Shown here one piece after another: positions 1-12,834 of a stretch of DNA of 64,000 bases. This DNA is from the human T2T-CHM13v2.0 reference genome, Homo sapiens. Where the stretch lies: positions 37,568,001 to 37,632,000 of the forward strand of contig CP068257.2 in assembly GCA_009914755.4 (NCBI GenBank), in the 5' to 3' direction. Both the position numbers and the translations under genes were made by a program. Every line of letters starts with the position of its first letter. Within the stretch, counting starts at the first letter, position 1. The notes beneath the pieces were generated by a model. That model had not been told where the DNA came from, ran no database searches, and saw nothing but the letters and a program-made list of their open reading frames with translations.

Positions 1-760
1 GCACGCCGGCTTGCGCGAGACCACGCTCCCTCACCGCGCGGGCAATAAGTCCCGCCCCGCACAGGCCACGCCCTCCGCGCACAGCCCAAGCTCGCGGCCA
101 CACCCCCACCGCGCGGGCGCTACGTCCCGCCCCGCGCAGGACTCGCTCCCAGGCACACCCTGAGCTCGCGGCCACGCCCTCTACACCGCCCGCCCGCGCT
201 GTCACGCCCTGGGCCAGCAGTCCCCGCAGCTTTTTTGTTTTTAAATTACAGATTGGGGGAGGGGGGGTCTCGCTATGTTGCCCAGACTGGTCTCGAACTC
301 CAGGACTCTAGCGATCGTCCTCCTTAGACCTCCCAAAGTGCTTGGATTACAGGCCTCAGCCACCGCGTCCGGCCCCCAAAGGCTTTCATTCGCAGCTTGA
401 GCCCTGCGGGCGCCAGGAGGTGGGAGGACTGCGGGCTAGAGGGGCAGGGGGCGAGAGGAGGGCGGGGCCTCCGTTCGTGGCGGTAGCGGAACCAGGGGTG
501 CAGGGGCGGAGCCAGCGCCGCTGGCCGTGGCGTCCGGGAGCTGTGGGGCCGTCCCCTCATCGTCCGTTTCCATTTTCCTTCTGCGTTAGGAGAGACTGGG
601 GTAGCATTAGTGTACTGAGCACCCGCTCCAAATTTCGACTGCCCAGGTAGGTGGCGGCGCGGTGGTACTGAGGGCCCCCGTAGCCAGGCGCGCCCTCAGA
701 CAGCGGGCACGGGCGGACGCAAGGGCAGCAAGAAATACAGCGCTTCGTGGTGGTATAAAA
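1..760. promoter_or_regulatory. CpG island. Bases 1-230 hold at least 2.5 tandem copies of a ~76-bp unit, each carrying a GGGGCGGGAC Sp1 GC-box on the minus strand. Probable promoter of the next minus-strand gene downstream of BRWD1 (PSMG1 if this is human 21q22.2). No PSMG1 coding sequence lies in the window.
   Basis: Very high CpG and GC content. Repeated unit cgcgcgggc..gtcccgccccgc..cagg..cacagcccaagctcgcggccac at 37-112 and 109-185, with partial copies at 1-36 and 186-215. Further GC-boxes at 430-520. It lies immediately beyond the 3' end of the minus-strand gene. Confidence 0.5.
245..372 (-). mobile_element. Alu fragment (left arm, about 130 bp) inside the CpG island
   Basis: Plus strand reads ...ggtctcgctatgttgcccagactggtctcgaactcc...cccaaagtgcttggattacaggcctcagccaccgcgtccggcc, the antisense Alu consensus. 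Confidence 0.85.
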
Positions 761-879
761 ACGAGACCTTTACTCTGGCAATAGGAATTCACATTTCAAA
801 AGCTGATGATTGTCAAGGCGATTTAAAAAACATTTTTATGAGTGTAAAAAATAGTGTTTTAAAGTTGGCCATTTTCTAA

Positions 880-1865
880 TACAAAATGTTTCTTTTTAAA
901 TAGCCTTTAATAAGCAGAATGTGTGATTGTTCTTTAATTGGTTCTCTTTAAAATGTGCTGGAAGACAAAGTTCGAGGAGCACTGTTTCAAGCAAGAGAAA
1001 AAGGGGACATAATTTAAATGAAAATGAAAATATGCAGTAATGCAATGAAAAAACCGTTTCCTAGATTTAGTTGTACCGAAATACATGACATCGCCTGCAT
1101 TTTGTGACTTTGTCAGTAGTCACGAAGGTAAGTACTACTTTGGGGTCAGAGAGAGCCTGTTGAGATAAAATCTCAAAGCTGTTAGAAACATTTTAAGATG
1201 TGGAAAGATAATCAACAAAATCATTTACATAAAATTAGTATTTAGCAGATGTACACATCTGCAAAAATAAAGTGAGTTTGGAAGCAAAATTTGAACATTT
1301 AGCAATAAAATTAAGACGAAATTGCTAGCCAGTAAGAGCTTAGGAAACTGGATATCCTTAGTGAGATAGAATAAACAAGATCACCACAATGATGTTTTAA
1401 AACATTAGGACTCCTGGGTTAACTGGTCTATTATGATGATGGAACTGCAGAATAAAAAGGTTGTTTGGGCACCACTTGTCTTAGTCCTTTTGTTAATTTG
1501 TCATTTTTACCAGTAAGATCTTCAATTTGATTTCACAGTTCCATGATGAAGAAATATTTTCTGCAAAGCAAATTACTGTAAATAGGGTAATAGTAATACA
1601 TTTGGCCATGATTTAAATTCTGCACACATTTCAGAGAGAACAATTTTACAATGTTAAGTTTTAAGCAAATGCTTATTTCATGCAGTTACAATAAGTTTAG
1701 GCCAAGCACTTTTTAAAAAGGCAAATATGTTCGAATTAAATACTTAGCCAAAAAAGGATTTCATTATGCAAGACTGATAATACAATCTCAAATACTGACA
1801 GAAATTAACCCCACCACAGCAAATTATAAATTCAAAGCTTAAATTCTTTCATTACACTGAAATTG

Positions 1866-1906
<41 letters not shown>

Positions 1907-3596
1907 TTGCATAAAATAGTCTTCACCGAGTTAAGTATTTCATTTTATAGTTACTTGTTGAGGACATAATATACTCAATAAATATTACAAATTAAGTGTA
2001 AAATTTGAACTGGAAAGAAGTTTAAGCATTTCATTAGAGCTCAAAAATCAAACCCCATGCACCTAAAAGTAATAGCAGTTTATTAGGAATTCTTCCTTCT
2101 CACCTGTGTATCAACATATTGGGATCAGTAATTTAGATGAAAGTATACTACAAAAGGAGCAAAGGACACAGACTTAGTAGGTTAGAATATTCTGGCTTAT
2201 GCTAAAAAACAAAAAGCCTTTTTTTTAAAACAGACATGCAACCACAAATTTCTCAAGTATTTTAGACACTTGGTTCATCTGTATAACAAAAAAAAAATGC
2301 ATTTGACTTAAAAAAGAAATAGAAAACCCTAGGTTTCTGTAGTTTAGTTTTTCAGATTTACACATGCAAATCATATATTCAGATATTTTTAAATGGGAAA
2401 ACAACTTACTTTCAACAACTTAATTTTTCCAGTAACACGTTACTATGTTAAAAAGATGCGACAGTATATTCATTTAATCTGGCAATTTTAATTTCAACAA
2501 ATACATATTAACAACAAATTAAATCCTATTGTAAATACACTTCTTTGTTATACCACGACCAAATTTTCTAATCCTAGTACAGGCCACAATGAAATAGGCC
2601 AAACATGCTACCATTAAAGTTTGTTGGGATGAGATTGTAGTAAGTTTACTCAAAGTATTCAAGTTCTAATTTTTAAGGTGCTGTAGAGAAACATAAAAGA
2701 TTTCACTGTATCTAAAAATATGACTGTTTTGATCTTAAGCTATACATTTTATTTTTATCTAACTGATTAAGACCTGCCTCTTAATGAGGCACATTTTTGG
2801 CATTTCTGTAAATGCTGCTACATACAAGTAAAAATAAGGAAAAGCCGTGATAGTAACATTCATAGCTTTCATAGAAAAATATATATTCCCTGAATTAGTC
2901 ATATCAAGTGGTCATTCAGTATGAACTGCAATATTATAAACAAAATGACATCAATGGACTTTCTCTAATTGCCTATTTCCAACACTCTACTTCAGAACTC
3001 AATAATCAGTATCTCCAGCTGAAATTCCCAGGTCCTCCTAGTTTGTTTTTGACCTTTGGGGATGTGAATTGTAGGGAATGGATCTGGGTAGTTTTTGCTT
3101 CACTCAGAAGTCAAATAGGCCCATTAGCACTTCCTTTGGAAAAATGCCTGATTTTTTTTCCTCATGACACCATAGTTGTCGTGGTCTGAATTTTTACACT
3201 GTAATGGAGAACCCTGAAAATTAGCATCAGGTTAAGATTTTGAAATTTGTTCAAGTTCTTCCTAGCCTGTACACTTCCCATTATATTCTTCCTCTAAGGA
3301 ATCATGTCTTCAAGGCCTTGCATTCTGGAAAGGAATAGTAGTCTTATAGCAGGCCATTTGTCTTTTCTTTCCACCTCTCCACCTACAGACTCTGCAATTT
3401 ATTTCCTCCTCAGAATTCCCCAGAGCACATGTCTGTACAAGAGCTGACTGGGAGGAACCCACTGGATTATGGCTTTTAGAAAATTCCTCCAAAGATGCCA
3501 ATAAGGGAGTAATTTTAGAGCTGGGAGCAGAATGTAACTGCCAGTTTACTTGTGTACCAATTGTTTTCAGATGCCACTTCTACATTCTCATAGTCA
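880..3596 (-). other. BRWD1: 3'UTR of the minus-strand BRWD1-like gene (approximate; lower bound uncertain). Minus-strand AATAAA candidates at about 3403, 2753 and 2085; ATTAAA candidates at about 938 and 911.
   Basis: Sequence downstream of stop codon TAG (3597-3599). AT-rich with no ORF. Plus-strand tttatt / tttaat motifs mark candidate poly(A) signals. The distal pair sits just upstream of the CpG island. Confidence 0.5.
1869..1902 (+). repeat. (A)34 homopolymer, a T34 tract in the minus-strand 3'UTR transcript
   Basis: Uninterrupted run of 34 A. Likely the tail of an old plus-strand retroposed insertion (1500-1868). Confidence 0.9.
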
Positions 3597-3988
3597 CTAT
3601 TGTGCATTTTCTTTCCAGGATCTGAACCCCCTTAAAAAAAGCATTTTTCTATTAATATCTTCTAGCTCTTTTTCACTTTCAGAATTTATGGTTGTATCAT
3701 CCTCTTTATAAACATTCAGTAATTTTTTCTTAGCCGCAGCAGAAGCATTTCGATGGGGCAGTTTTCTGCTACTCTTCCTAATCCAGACATTTTCTGGTCC
3801 TGAGATCGTTTCTTTTAGATTACTCATTATCTTTATTTTATTTGCAGCAACAGTAGCACATCTGCGGGGAACTTTCTCAGGTACCATTTTTGCTTTCAGA
3901 GTTTCACTAGGCATCTGCACTGCATCCTTCTGATTATGCATACATGTTCTCACTTTTGTATTGGGTTCTCTGTCTCTAGGAACAAATT
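3597..3988 (-). CDS. BRWD1: Last coding exon (acceptor ...ctcatttttcag|AATTTG, entered in phase 1) through stop TAG at 3597-3599. Encodes ..[129 protein letters not shown]. Carries copy C of the triplicated motif.
   Basis: 130-codon open frame with good pyrimidine tract and AG. Contains an in-frame third copy of the RRCAxxAANKIK..[17 protein letters not shown] motif shared with the two upstream exons. Phase 1 fits the upstream donors. Confidence 0.75.
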
Positions 3989-6900
3989 CTGAAAAATGAG
4001 TGAAAGTTCATGTAAATGCAAAAATCTTGTAACACAAGATTTTACTACTGCTAACATTCCTCAACAACACTCATTCGGAAACAATAAATTTAAAAGTCAT
4101 ATTGCTAAATGATAAATTTTAAAATGTGATACTAAGGGCTTCTTCACATTGATATAACCTTACATTTGCTTATCTACAACTATAAGGATGTCACTTAAAA
4201 CAGTAGCAGACTTGTAAGAATGGGGTGAAAAGTTCCTTCAGCATCGGCATCATAAAGCTGCTAATCTAAAAACATATATATGAGCATTTTACATAATTTG
4301 AATTACTAAATCTTAACTTCATTGTTCCAGTATTTTCTGACCTAGGTATGTGACACACGAGATTCAGATTAAAATTCTAAAAAATAACACAGAGTTGCTT
4401 TAAGGAACCAAAAAGTGCAGAGTGCTATGAGAACACAGACTGGAAACCTAACCTAGCCTAAGGGATCAAGGAAGGCTTCCTTTAAGGAAGCTTTTAGACG
4501 AGAGGTGAAAATTGTGAAGGGATTTGCCAGACAAAAAGCACTTTGGAGAGTTAACTACTTCATGCAGACTAAGGCAGTTTTTAGAGGGGGCTTGAAATCA
4601 CACTGGAGCTCTACACAGCCACATGATGCCAGAGCTACTACTCCGTGCTGACCAAACTTAGGAGGGCTCAGATATGTTTGTTACCAGTGTCTCAAAGCCA
4701 AATTTTCAAATTTCACAAACAAGTCTAATTAGTACTCTTCTAGAACAGAAGTGATATTCCTTTTACGTATCTGAAGTTCACGGGCCCTTGAATTTTAGGT
4801 CTTTCTTGCAGCCATGAACAGTCAAACTATCTAAAACTGCCTTCATGGTACACACCAATCTTGATGGCAGTTTGTTTTGTAGGACCCTGCCTGAAGTTTC
4901 CAGACACTTAGCATTCAAAAGGTAAGGCTGTAGATCACTGAAATAACCAGTTGATATCCTCCACCCACACTAGACATCTGGAGGACTCCACCACATTCTT
5001 TTTACTACTAAGTACTAGAAAATGAGAGCTCTTTTAGTCAGATACTATCAAGTAACACTATTATTCTGTAGCAATGAAACTACCAATGCCAACCTTCTGA
5101 ACTTTTTCTTCTGTGAAGATGTTTGCCCTTCTGTCACAAAGCTGACTGAAGGGCAGATGAGTACAGGTAAAAACTGCTTCTGTGGACTGACATGTTCATA
5201 CAGCTAGACTAATGAGGCAGGCCTCTGCCCTCACAGTGCAAGCACTTCAGATTTTTCCCTAAGTCTATGAAACTGATTTCACACTTCTCTAAGATCAGTT
5301 GAGCGTTCTCCCCAGAATAGGTTAGGAAATACTTTATTCAAAGCAACCCCACCACATACACATCAGTTCCTTTTGCCAACTAACTTATGTGATTCACATG
5401 TTTTTCCAGTGAAATTCTAAGGGCACTATGTTTTGTTCAGTGTTCAGTCTCCAGGCATTGTAAATGGCATTTTACCAGAGTAAGACACTCATCACGGCAT
5501 TACTCTCATGCAGCATGCCCTTACCTCCTTCAGCTGGACTCTGTGGGAAGAGAAGTGGCTTAAAGTGCACTGTGTTTACCACTTCAAAGACACTTCTCTT
5601 GGGAATTTTAAAATTATGAACTAGTATCTCCAACAAGTCAACCCTATATCCAAAATTAATCTTTAACACATTAAATCAATGTTAGCAAATGCTAAAATGT
5701 AAATATGCTACAAAGGGTAAACAAAAATTTTAAAATATGCAAAATTAAGGTGAAATTTGCACTTTATAGTAGGATGAGAATATACTATTATCAACTAGCT
5801 GCACCATTTGCATTTGGAAGAAAAGAACAGATAACTGGTTCATTCCCAACAACCTATTCATCCAGACAAATAGATAAAATTCTATTTCAACTACAATTTG
5901 TAACAAAATGCTTTAAGTTGCAGAAATTCCATTTTGATGTGTGATCAAAGTACCTATACTGACAATTTAGGAACCTAGTAAATACTAATTCTAACACATT
6001 TTAATAAATGTTTATTTGTCATCCAGAATAATGGAAAAGTTAAGATTCTGCAGGAAAAAAAAAACTAAAATCAGGTTTTTAAAAAATACTTAAGGAAATT
6101 TGAACTTCAGTAACTATGCCCAAGGGAGGGAGAATTTGAATTACACTGTACTCTAACTTGATAAAGCTGAATCTCTTAAGTCTTAGACAATAAAACAGGA
6201 ATTTCAGAGAATAAGGATAAAAACAATCTGAGGAAGACAAAACTGTGGAGAATTTTTTTAAATACATTCAAGTCAGTGTTAATTTTATTACTGAAAACTG
6301 AGTAAATTATAAAGTGCTTTTTCTCAAGAAAACTACAAACAGTTTTAGAAATATATATAGGATATTTCAGGGTTAGAAGTCAAATTTGTGTGTTAGGGTA
6401 CAAGCTTAAGAACTCTGGATGTTGCTGCTCTAACAATGCATTTGTGATGGTGCCATGTGATACTAAGAAGTCAGTAGAATCCCACCAGTCCTACTGCCTC
6501 AGATGAGTCTTGTTTCAGTCATGGGTTTACAAAGTCATTGAGTGCTTGAGGACTTGTTTTCCTGGAAGTGATTCCCTACTTGGGTATGGCAAGAACACAT
6601 CAGTAGTGTAAAACTGTACATCTGTAGTAGCACTCCATGATCATTTCCCTGGATGACCACTTTAAATTATAACTCACAGATATGTGTGTATTCTAAGATG
6701 GTATATGTGGTGAATAGAAACCTGGATACAAACATAACAGTTCTGACTCAACACAATCTCTAGTTTCTACATTTTAAGGATTAATCATATTCTAATTAGA
6801 CTTTTTTTTTATTTTTAAGCTACCTTATTTACAGATTCTGCACAATATTTCATCATACAAAACTGTTTTCCTAAATTCAAAGTAAACTGCATATGGTTAC

Positions 6901-9900
6901 TACAGAAGCATTATAAAATTTTCATTGGCATTTTTAAAATTGGAGCATTTAAAACAGATTTGAGAATGAGAAAAGAATGTCTGACTCAAAATGAAAACAT
7001 ACTAGCCTCTTTCATAAACTCCTAGAATCTTGACATTATTGGTTGCTGTGGTTGGTGGATAAATCAAATCCACAAAGTGGGTAAACCCTCTAGGTGCAAG
7101 TTATAAGCTCCCTCAAGCAAGCCTTTTATCAGAAAAGACTTGAGATATTCTCTCCTCTGTCTGCCCTTCATTGATAAGCAATGAAATGACCCCAAAACTC
7201 AGAAAGCAAATAACATTTATCAATGATCTTCATCCCTCCCAAAGCAGAAGTTTCCAAAAACATCCCATAAACTGAAGTACCCCAATGGCTGTAGAATAAA
7301 ATGGTTTCTGTAACTTGCTGTGTTTTTAAACAGTTCCGTTTTCTAGGGGGAGCTGGTAACACTGCAGTATGGCAGCATCAGGTCAAAAGACCATCAGAAA
7401 TAATTCCATGAACTAGTTCATTAGCTTATTCATTTTTAGGGTTCATTTACTCAATGATGGGCACCACACAACTCTGAATTTTTGTTCTTATTCTGGAACT
7501 ACAACTAATCTAGCTCATCACAATACAGTTTTCTCTCACCCCTAGAAAAACTCAGATTTGTGATGGCTATTGCAATTTTTAATAAAAATCTCATAAAAGC
7601 CTTATTTTGAAATATGAATTCAGGGACTTTATACTTAACTGCTTAATTTGCTTTTTAGAAGCAATACCTTAAGAGCATTTCACACTAAATGCAGGCAGAA
7701 TCAGAAGTAAATACTTGTTTTCAATCTACCCTATTACTGTACTACTGGAAAGAAACCAGGCCACAGACAATCCAATGGCAAACCCCTTTTCCAGCAGGGC
7801 TCCTGACTCGCTTCAGTTCCCCTATCCAAGCTCATATGTAAAACTCACAGCGCTCGCACCCCTATATTCTGCCTGCATGAAAAGAAATTACCAGTGGAAA
7901 AGAGGTTGGGGAACCACTTGGGACAAGTCTGGAATTAACCAGCTAGAATGTATTTGGCTTGGAGTAGTGTTTTGTTTTGTTTTTTAACTCTTTTGCTTGT
8001 TAAGATGAAAATGCTAAATTTATTATATCCCATTTAAGAACTGACAAAAATCATCTAAATGAATAGATTAATTTAGAACATTAACGATCTTATGTGAAGT
8101 GGAAAACTAAAGATCTGCTTGACAGGCTCATGTAATTTTTTGATTGGGATTTTGTAGGTGAATATATAGTTGCAGTCCAAGGACTGATTCACATTTAGAA
8201 AATTAACTTGAATATATCAAAAATTAAAGATCCCTTTAACTTTTACCCACTGATCAAAAAAGGTAATTTTTAAAATGATTTACCTTGTAAAACAAAGGGG
8301 TAGAGCTGCTACAGTCCATCTAGGCTCTATATACTGGTCATCTCATTTCAGTTAGGTCAATTGGACTGCCTCTTCTCTTTGGCAGTCTAAAATCTCATTT
8401 AAGGGCTTTAATAAATGAAAAAACTTACCTTAAAACTGACATAACTAAAATATGACCAGAAAGTATACCATAGCATTGATAATTAAATTCAAACTATTGG
8501 TCTTGCCATACTTGAGAAACAGATGTATAGTCTAATTATTTACATGTTGCCAAAGATAGAGCCTGCAGATTGGTAGAATCCAAATGATGTGACTCTCCCC
8601 CTCCCTCCATCAAATCTAGAAAAGCAATTCTTGAGCAGACACCAATTTAAAGATATTTTTCTACCAATTTAACAATATATTAGGAACCAGCTTGGCAGAT
8701 TATGAAAAAGGTAAAAATCTCTTACTTTTGAGAATCCCCATGTATCCTTGGGCAACATCTCTGTAATTTAACAGCCTTTAAAACTTAAAATCGTAAGAAA
8801 AGACAACACAGCCCTTAGCATTACATACTTTACTTTTCAATCCTTAGTATTCACAGTTTGAGCTAGGAATTAACATTTGCTAATCTAGTTGGACTCAGTT
8901 TTTCCCACAATGCTCTATTTTCTCACCTAGTTTTGACAAATTTATTCCTTCTCTTCCCAAATACTAGGATAAGAGACAGTCTCAAACTGTTAAGTTGCAA
9001 ATTTCTTGGGGTTTCTGCTTTATTATTTCCTTGATATCCACAGCAGAAATTCAGAGGTATAACTTCAACATTAACAGGTGAAAAGTTCTACAATGACTTG
9101 TTGCACTCCATCACATTAAAATAATTGAACTATAATTTCCATACAACATAAGAAAACTACAGTATTTGGTGACAACTGCAAGATACCTGATAAATAAATA
9201 TATCAACTTACTATTCATGAAAAGAATGGAGCTGGTTATTTCAGCTTTAAAAGGGCAAAGCAAAAAGACCATTTTCTAGCCATTTAAAAGTTACTCAAAA
9301 AATTGATACAATGGAGTGGAAAGGAAAACAAAAAAGATCGTAAGCACCTTTAACAATGTTCTTGCATTCTACTGATATACAAACCTCTGGGGTTTCAGTT
9401 GGCACAATCAAGTTCAACTTGTACTAACAGAAAATATTAAAATTCTTCCTATTTAGTTTTTAATATCAAACAGGGAGGTTAGTAAATTGTTTTCTGATTC
9501 TTCTACAAAAAAAAAAGTCTAGAAGACAGAGGGAATGTAGTGTGCACCCCTTATTCTAAGTGATAATTTTTACTTACGAGGTCATAACGAGTGCAAAGGG
9601 CTTAGTGATGCATCTTATTCTTTACTTTTGGACAGTAACACCCTCAGATGGTATTTTTATTGGTTTGTTTTATATTCCCCTTTTCCATTTGCCCTTCTGT
9701 TTTGAAGTGCTTTTTCTTAAAACTTAAGTTCTTTGCCTCCATTTTCTTATAAACCCAATTTCCTCTTTAGGTGCAGCTCTACTATTTGAAAGGAACCTTT
9801 CTGTTGTAATTTACAAGCTGTGAGTAACTGCTATATCATTGTTTCCAAGGATTAATAAACTGAGAAATGATTTAATCAGATATTTGCCACTTACAAAAAG

Positions 9901-11239
9901 GGAGGCTGACCTTAGGAATTATTTGAATATGGGATAAACTTTTCCTTTTATTCATAAGTTACTTCACATTGTAAGTATACCTTTTTAAATAAGGAGGACA
10001 CGAAAAAAGAAAGCTTTGTTAACACTCATCTATCTTGTCAATGTTTGAAATCATTTTTCCTTTATATGCTTGGTAAAGTGAGTCTTTCCAAGAAAGCAAA
10101 AATCAAATCTGAGTACTTCAAAGCCTGTAAAACCATAAATGAATAAAACCATAGGACTTTGGACATACACAACCAAAGTAGTTTTTGTTTTTCACATACA
10201 CCATTAAGTTGAACTTCAAGTGCAGTGGAAAGGTACAGCACTTATTTCTGGATCAGTTCACATTCAAATTATAACCCTTTATCTTTTTCTCAAGAATACT
10301 ACAAACTGACCCTAAACATTAAAGTACACCTGTGCATTAAATCCCTGGGCATTTTGCATAACGTAGAAAAAAAAGGCCAAACATGTTCTAGTGCTCAATG
10401 TAAACATTTTAACTATTAATGATTTATTAATTTTCCTTAAAGGTACTTAGGAGTGTGTGTGTCACATATTCAAAGTTAACCTTAGGAATAGCACCATAAC
10501 CAAAAAAACCCATAAAAATTATTTTCTCCATTATCTCTCAGTTTTATTTCATAACTTGAGAAGCTACCATTGTCGGCTATGCTTTTAAAGACATCAGGTC
10601 CATTCTTGCTGCTTCTGATGAAACCAAATCTGATTAAAAACCAAAATACCACTTCTGTATGCAAGGGTCTAACTATTTTGGACTGAAAGAAAAAATGGTA
10701 ATTGGATGGCCAGTCAGTGACCAATTAATGCAGTCCAAATAATCAGAATAGTTCTATTAATGAAGCCTAAACTGTCAAAATATTGTTTTATACCAAAAGA
10801 ATGTATGTACTTATGAATGTATTCCATATTTATTTATGGATTTTTTTGGTACCTTTTTGCAAATGATGGTAAACATGGAGTTAAAACCTGAGAACAGATT
10901 ATAAAAGAGAAGGTTAAGAAGAGTTTAAATAAATTAATGGATTTGACATCTATCACCAGTTTTTAAAATTAGCAAAGTAAAAGGCATCCCATTAGTCTTT
11001 TCAGTCTTAGTCAAGGACAATTATCATGAATCAATCTGTTTACTATCTACTTAACACAAGTTCTGAGAAGAAAAGCATCATAGTTCTGAAATGGTGATAG
11101 CTCTCTAAGCCACAAATGAGAGGAGGTTTCCCACCTATCTCAGTTGATAATGTCCAAAAACATCCTTCCCCATGCATCAGAGTAGAAAGAAAATGTACCT
11201 TCTACTATGTCAAATGGAATAGATAACTACAAAATAGGA

Positions 11240-11478
11240 ACACTTCAGAACATTCTCTAACATTAATACCAGTCTGATGCTTCGCCTTGTCTGCCACTTC
11301 AAAGATACACAGGAGAAAAGGTTTTGTCTGAAACCAAACACAATTAGGGCTAATAAATAACATTGTCTAATATTGATACCAGTCTGATGCTTCACCTTAT
11401 CTGCCACTTCAAAGATACACAGGAGAAAAGGGTTAATTTTGTCTGAAATCAAACACAATTAGGGCTAATAAATAACTT
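11240..11478. repeat. Tandem direct duplication, 2 copies of about 118 bp at roughly 92% identity
   Basis: ctaacattaataccagtctgatgcttcgccttgtctgccacttcaaagatacacaggagaaaagg..caattagggctaataaataac repeated head-to-tail, visible by eye at 11240-11357 and 11358-11478. Confidence 0.85.
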
Positions 11479-12834
11479 ACAGGTGGGGTACTGTAACATA
11501 TCCCTTACCCACTAAATATGTAAACCATTTGAATCAAGTCCATCTTCAGGCACAAACAAGTTAGGAATGGCCATCTACACTGGAGTAGCATAACCTATCA
11601 AGTATTTGGTTAGAAAATAAGTGTACTATTTGTGTGATAAACTTTCACTTTAAATGGATTATAAAATTATTTTCCCACAAAACATGACAGTTTCTTATAT
11701 TTGGACTAGAAGTCACTAATAAAGATACATTTAGTTGCCCCAGCAAAGAATGCTTAGGATTGCACATGGAAGCAGTAAACTAAAACAAAGAGATGGAGAA
11801 TGACATTTAGCTATTTTCCTATATAGATAAGATTTGCAATTGTACTCTTAACAAAACTCACCTCTACAATTGGAATACAGATGGGGGAAACCTACATATT
11901 AACTTAAATACTCTTTTAGCCCTGTACACTCTATTAAAGAACACACTTCTAAATCTAAGGCACACGAATTCCTCTATTTCACAGAGTAAGATTATGGAAG
12001 AGCAAGATTTTGGTTAAATCCCTTACAATGGAAACCAGGAGATCTTGGACAGAAGACAGATTATATAGCATTTTGTTAGTGCACAATTTAAAAGAAAATG
12101 CTCTGACTATGCTCTGGTCCTAGAGGTTTAAAACATGCACTCAAATCATTAAAAATAATTTACCAGCACTTTATAAATTCAAGTTTATAACATAAAAGTG
12201 ACAACGTTTTCCTTAAGAAGAAAAAAACCCAACAGCACTTGGGAAGAAAATTAGAAACCATTTCAATGAAAGTGACCAGATCTGGTATAATGCATTCTAC
12301 TCAAGTAGCCAGGGGAAGAAAAAAAAAAAAGTGGTAGGTACCTCGCCTACTAATCATGGTTACACGTCCCATGATTATAGTGTCAGTATGCATGTATTTA
12401 TGAAGAATCTGTAAACATAGGTTGTGAAATTGTTGTAACTACTATAGAACAGGGGTTAGAAACTACTGCCTCTTTGACAAATTCAGAAAATAACTGCATG
12501 ACACTTGCTGCCATGAAAGTAATGCTCATTGGTTTTGATAACCAGGATGTCTAGTGTTTAACATATTTCAAACTCTTGCTATATGTAGTCAAATACTGTC
12601 AAAATAGATCTGCCCCCAAAATGAAGCATATTTTGGCACCTGTGCTGAATGCTGCTACAAAGACCAGCAAGTGCAAATAAAAATAACAGTCATGATTTAG
12701 TCACATTCATAACTTTTCATAGAAAAATATAAATATATTCCCTGAATTGTAAGACAAAAAAATAATTTTAACAGCCAGCTTTCACCATAAATGCCAGTCC
12801 ATTTCCTCTTAAATGAACTGGCTTTCCCTCAAGG

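Noticed and set aside
324-792. GC-rich ORFs on both strands inside the CpG island (MRGRPHSS.., MDYRPQPPRP.., MNSYCQSKG..)
   Set aside because: Random open frames are expected in about 75% GC sequence. They resemble no protein family I recognise. The expected PSMG1 N-terminus (MAATFFGEVV..) is not present in any frame.
3605-3620. Plus-strand ctttccag|g acceptor-like motif at the end of the last coding exon
   Set aside because: It lies on the opposite strand from the gene, with no supporting plus-strand ORF or homology. It is coincidental.
7715-7987. 90-aa plus-strand ORF (MFSIYPITVLLERNQ..) and similar isolated ORFs in the 3'UTR or intron (2908-3189, 5705-5944, 10225-10419)
   Set aside because: No splice-site context and no recognisable homology. 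Composition is typical of AT-rich intronic or UTR sequence. Length is within random expectation for stop-to-stop frames.
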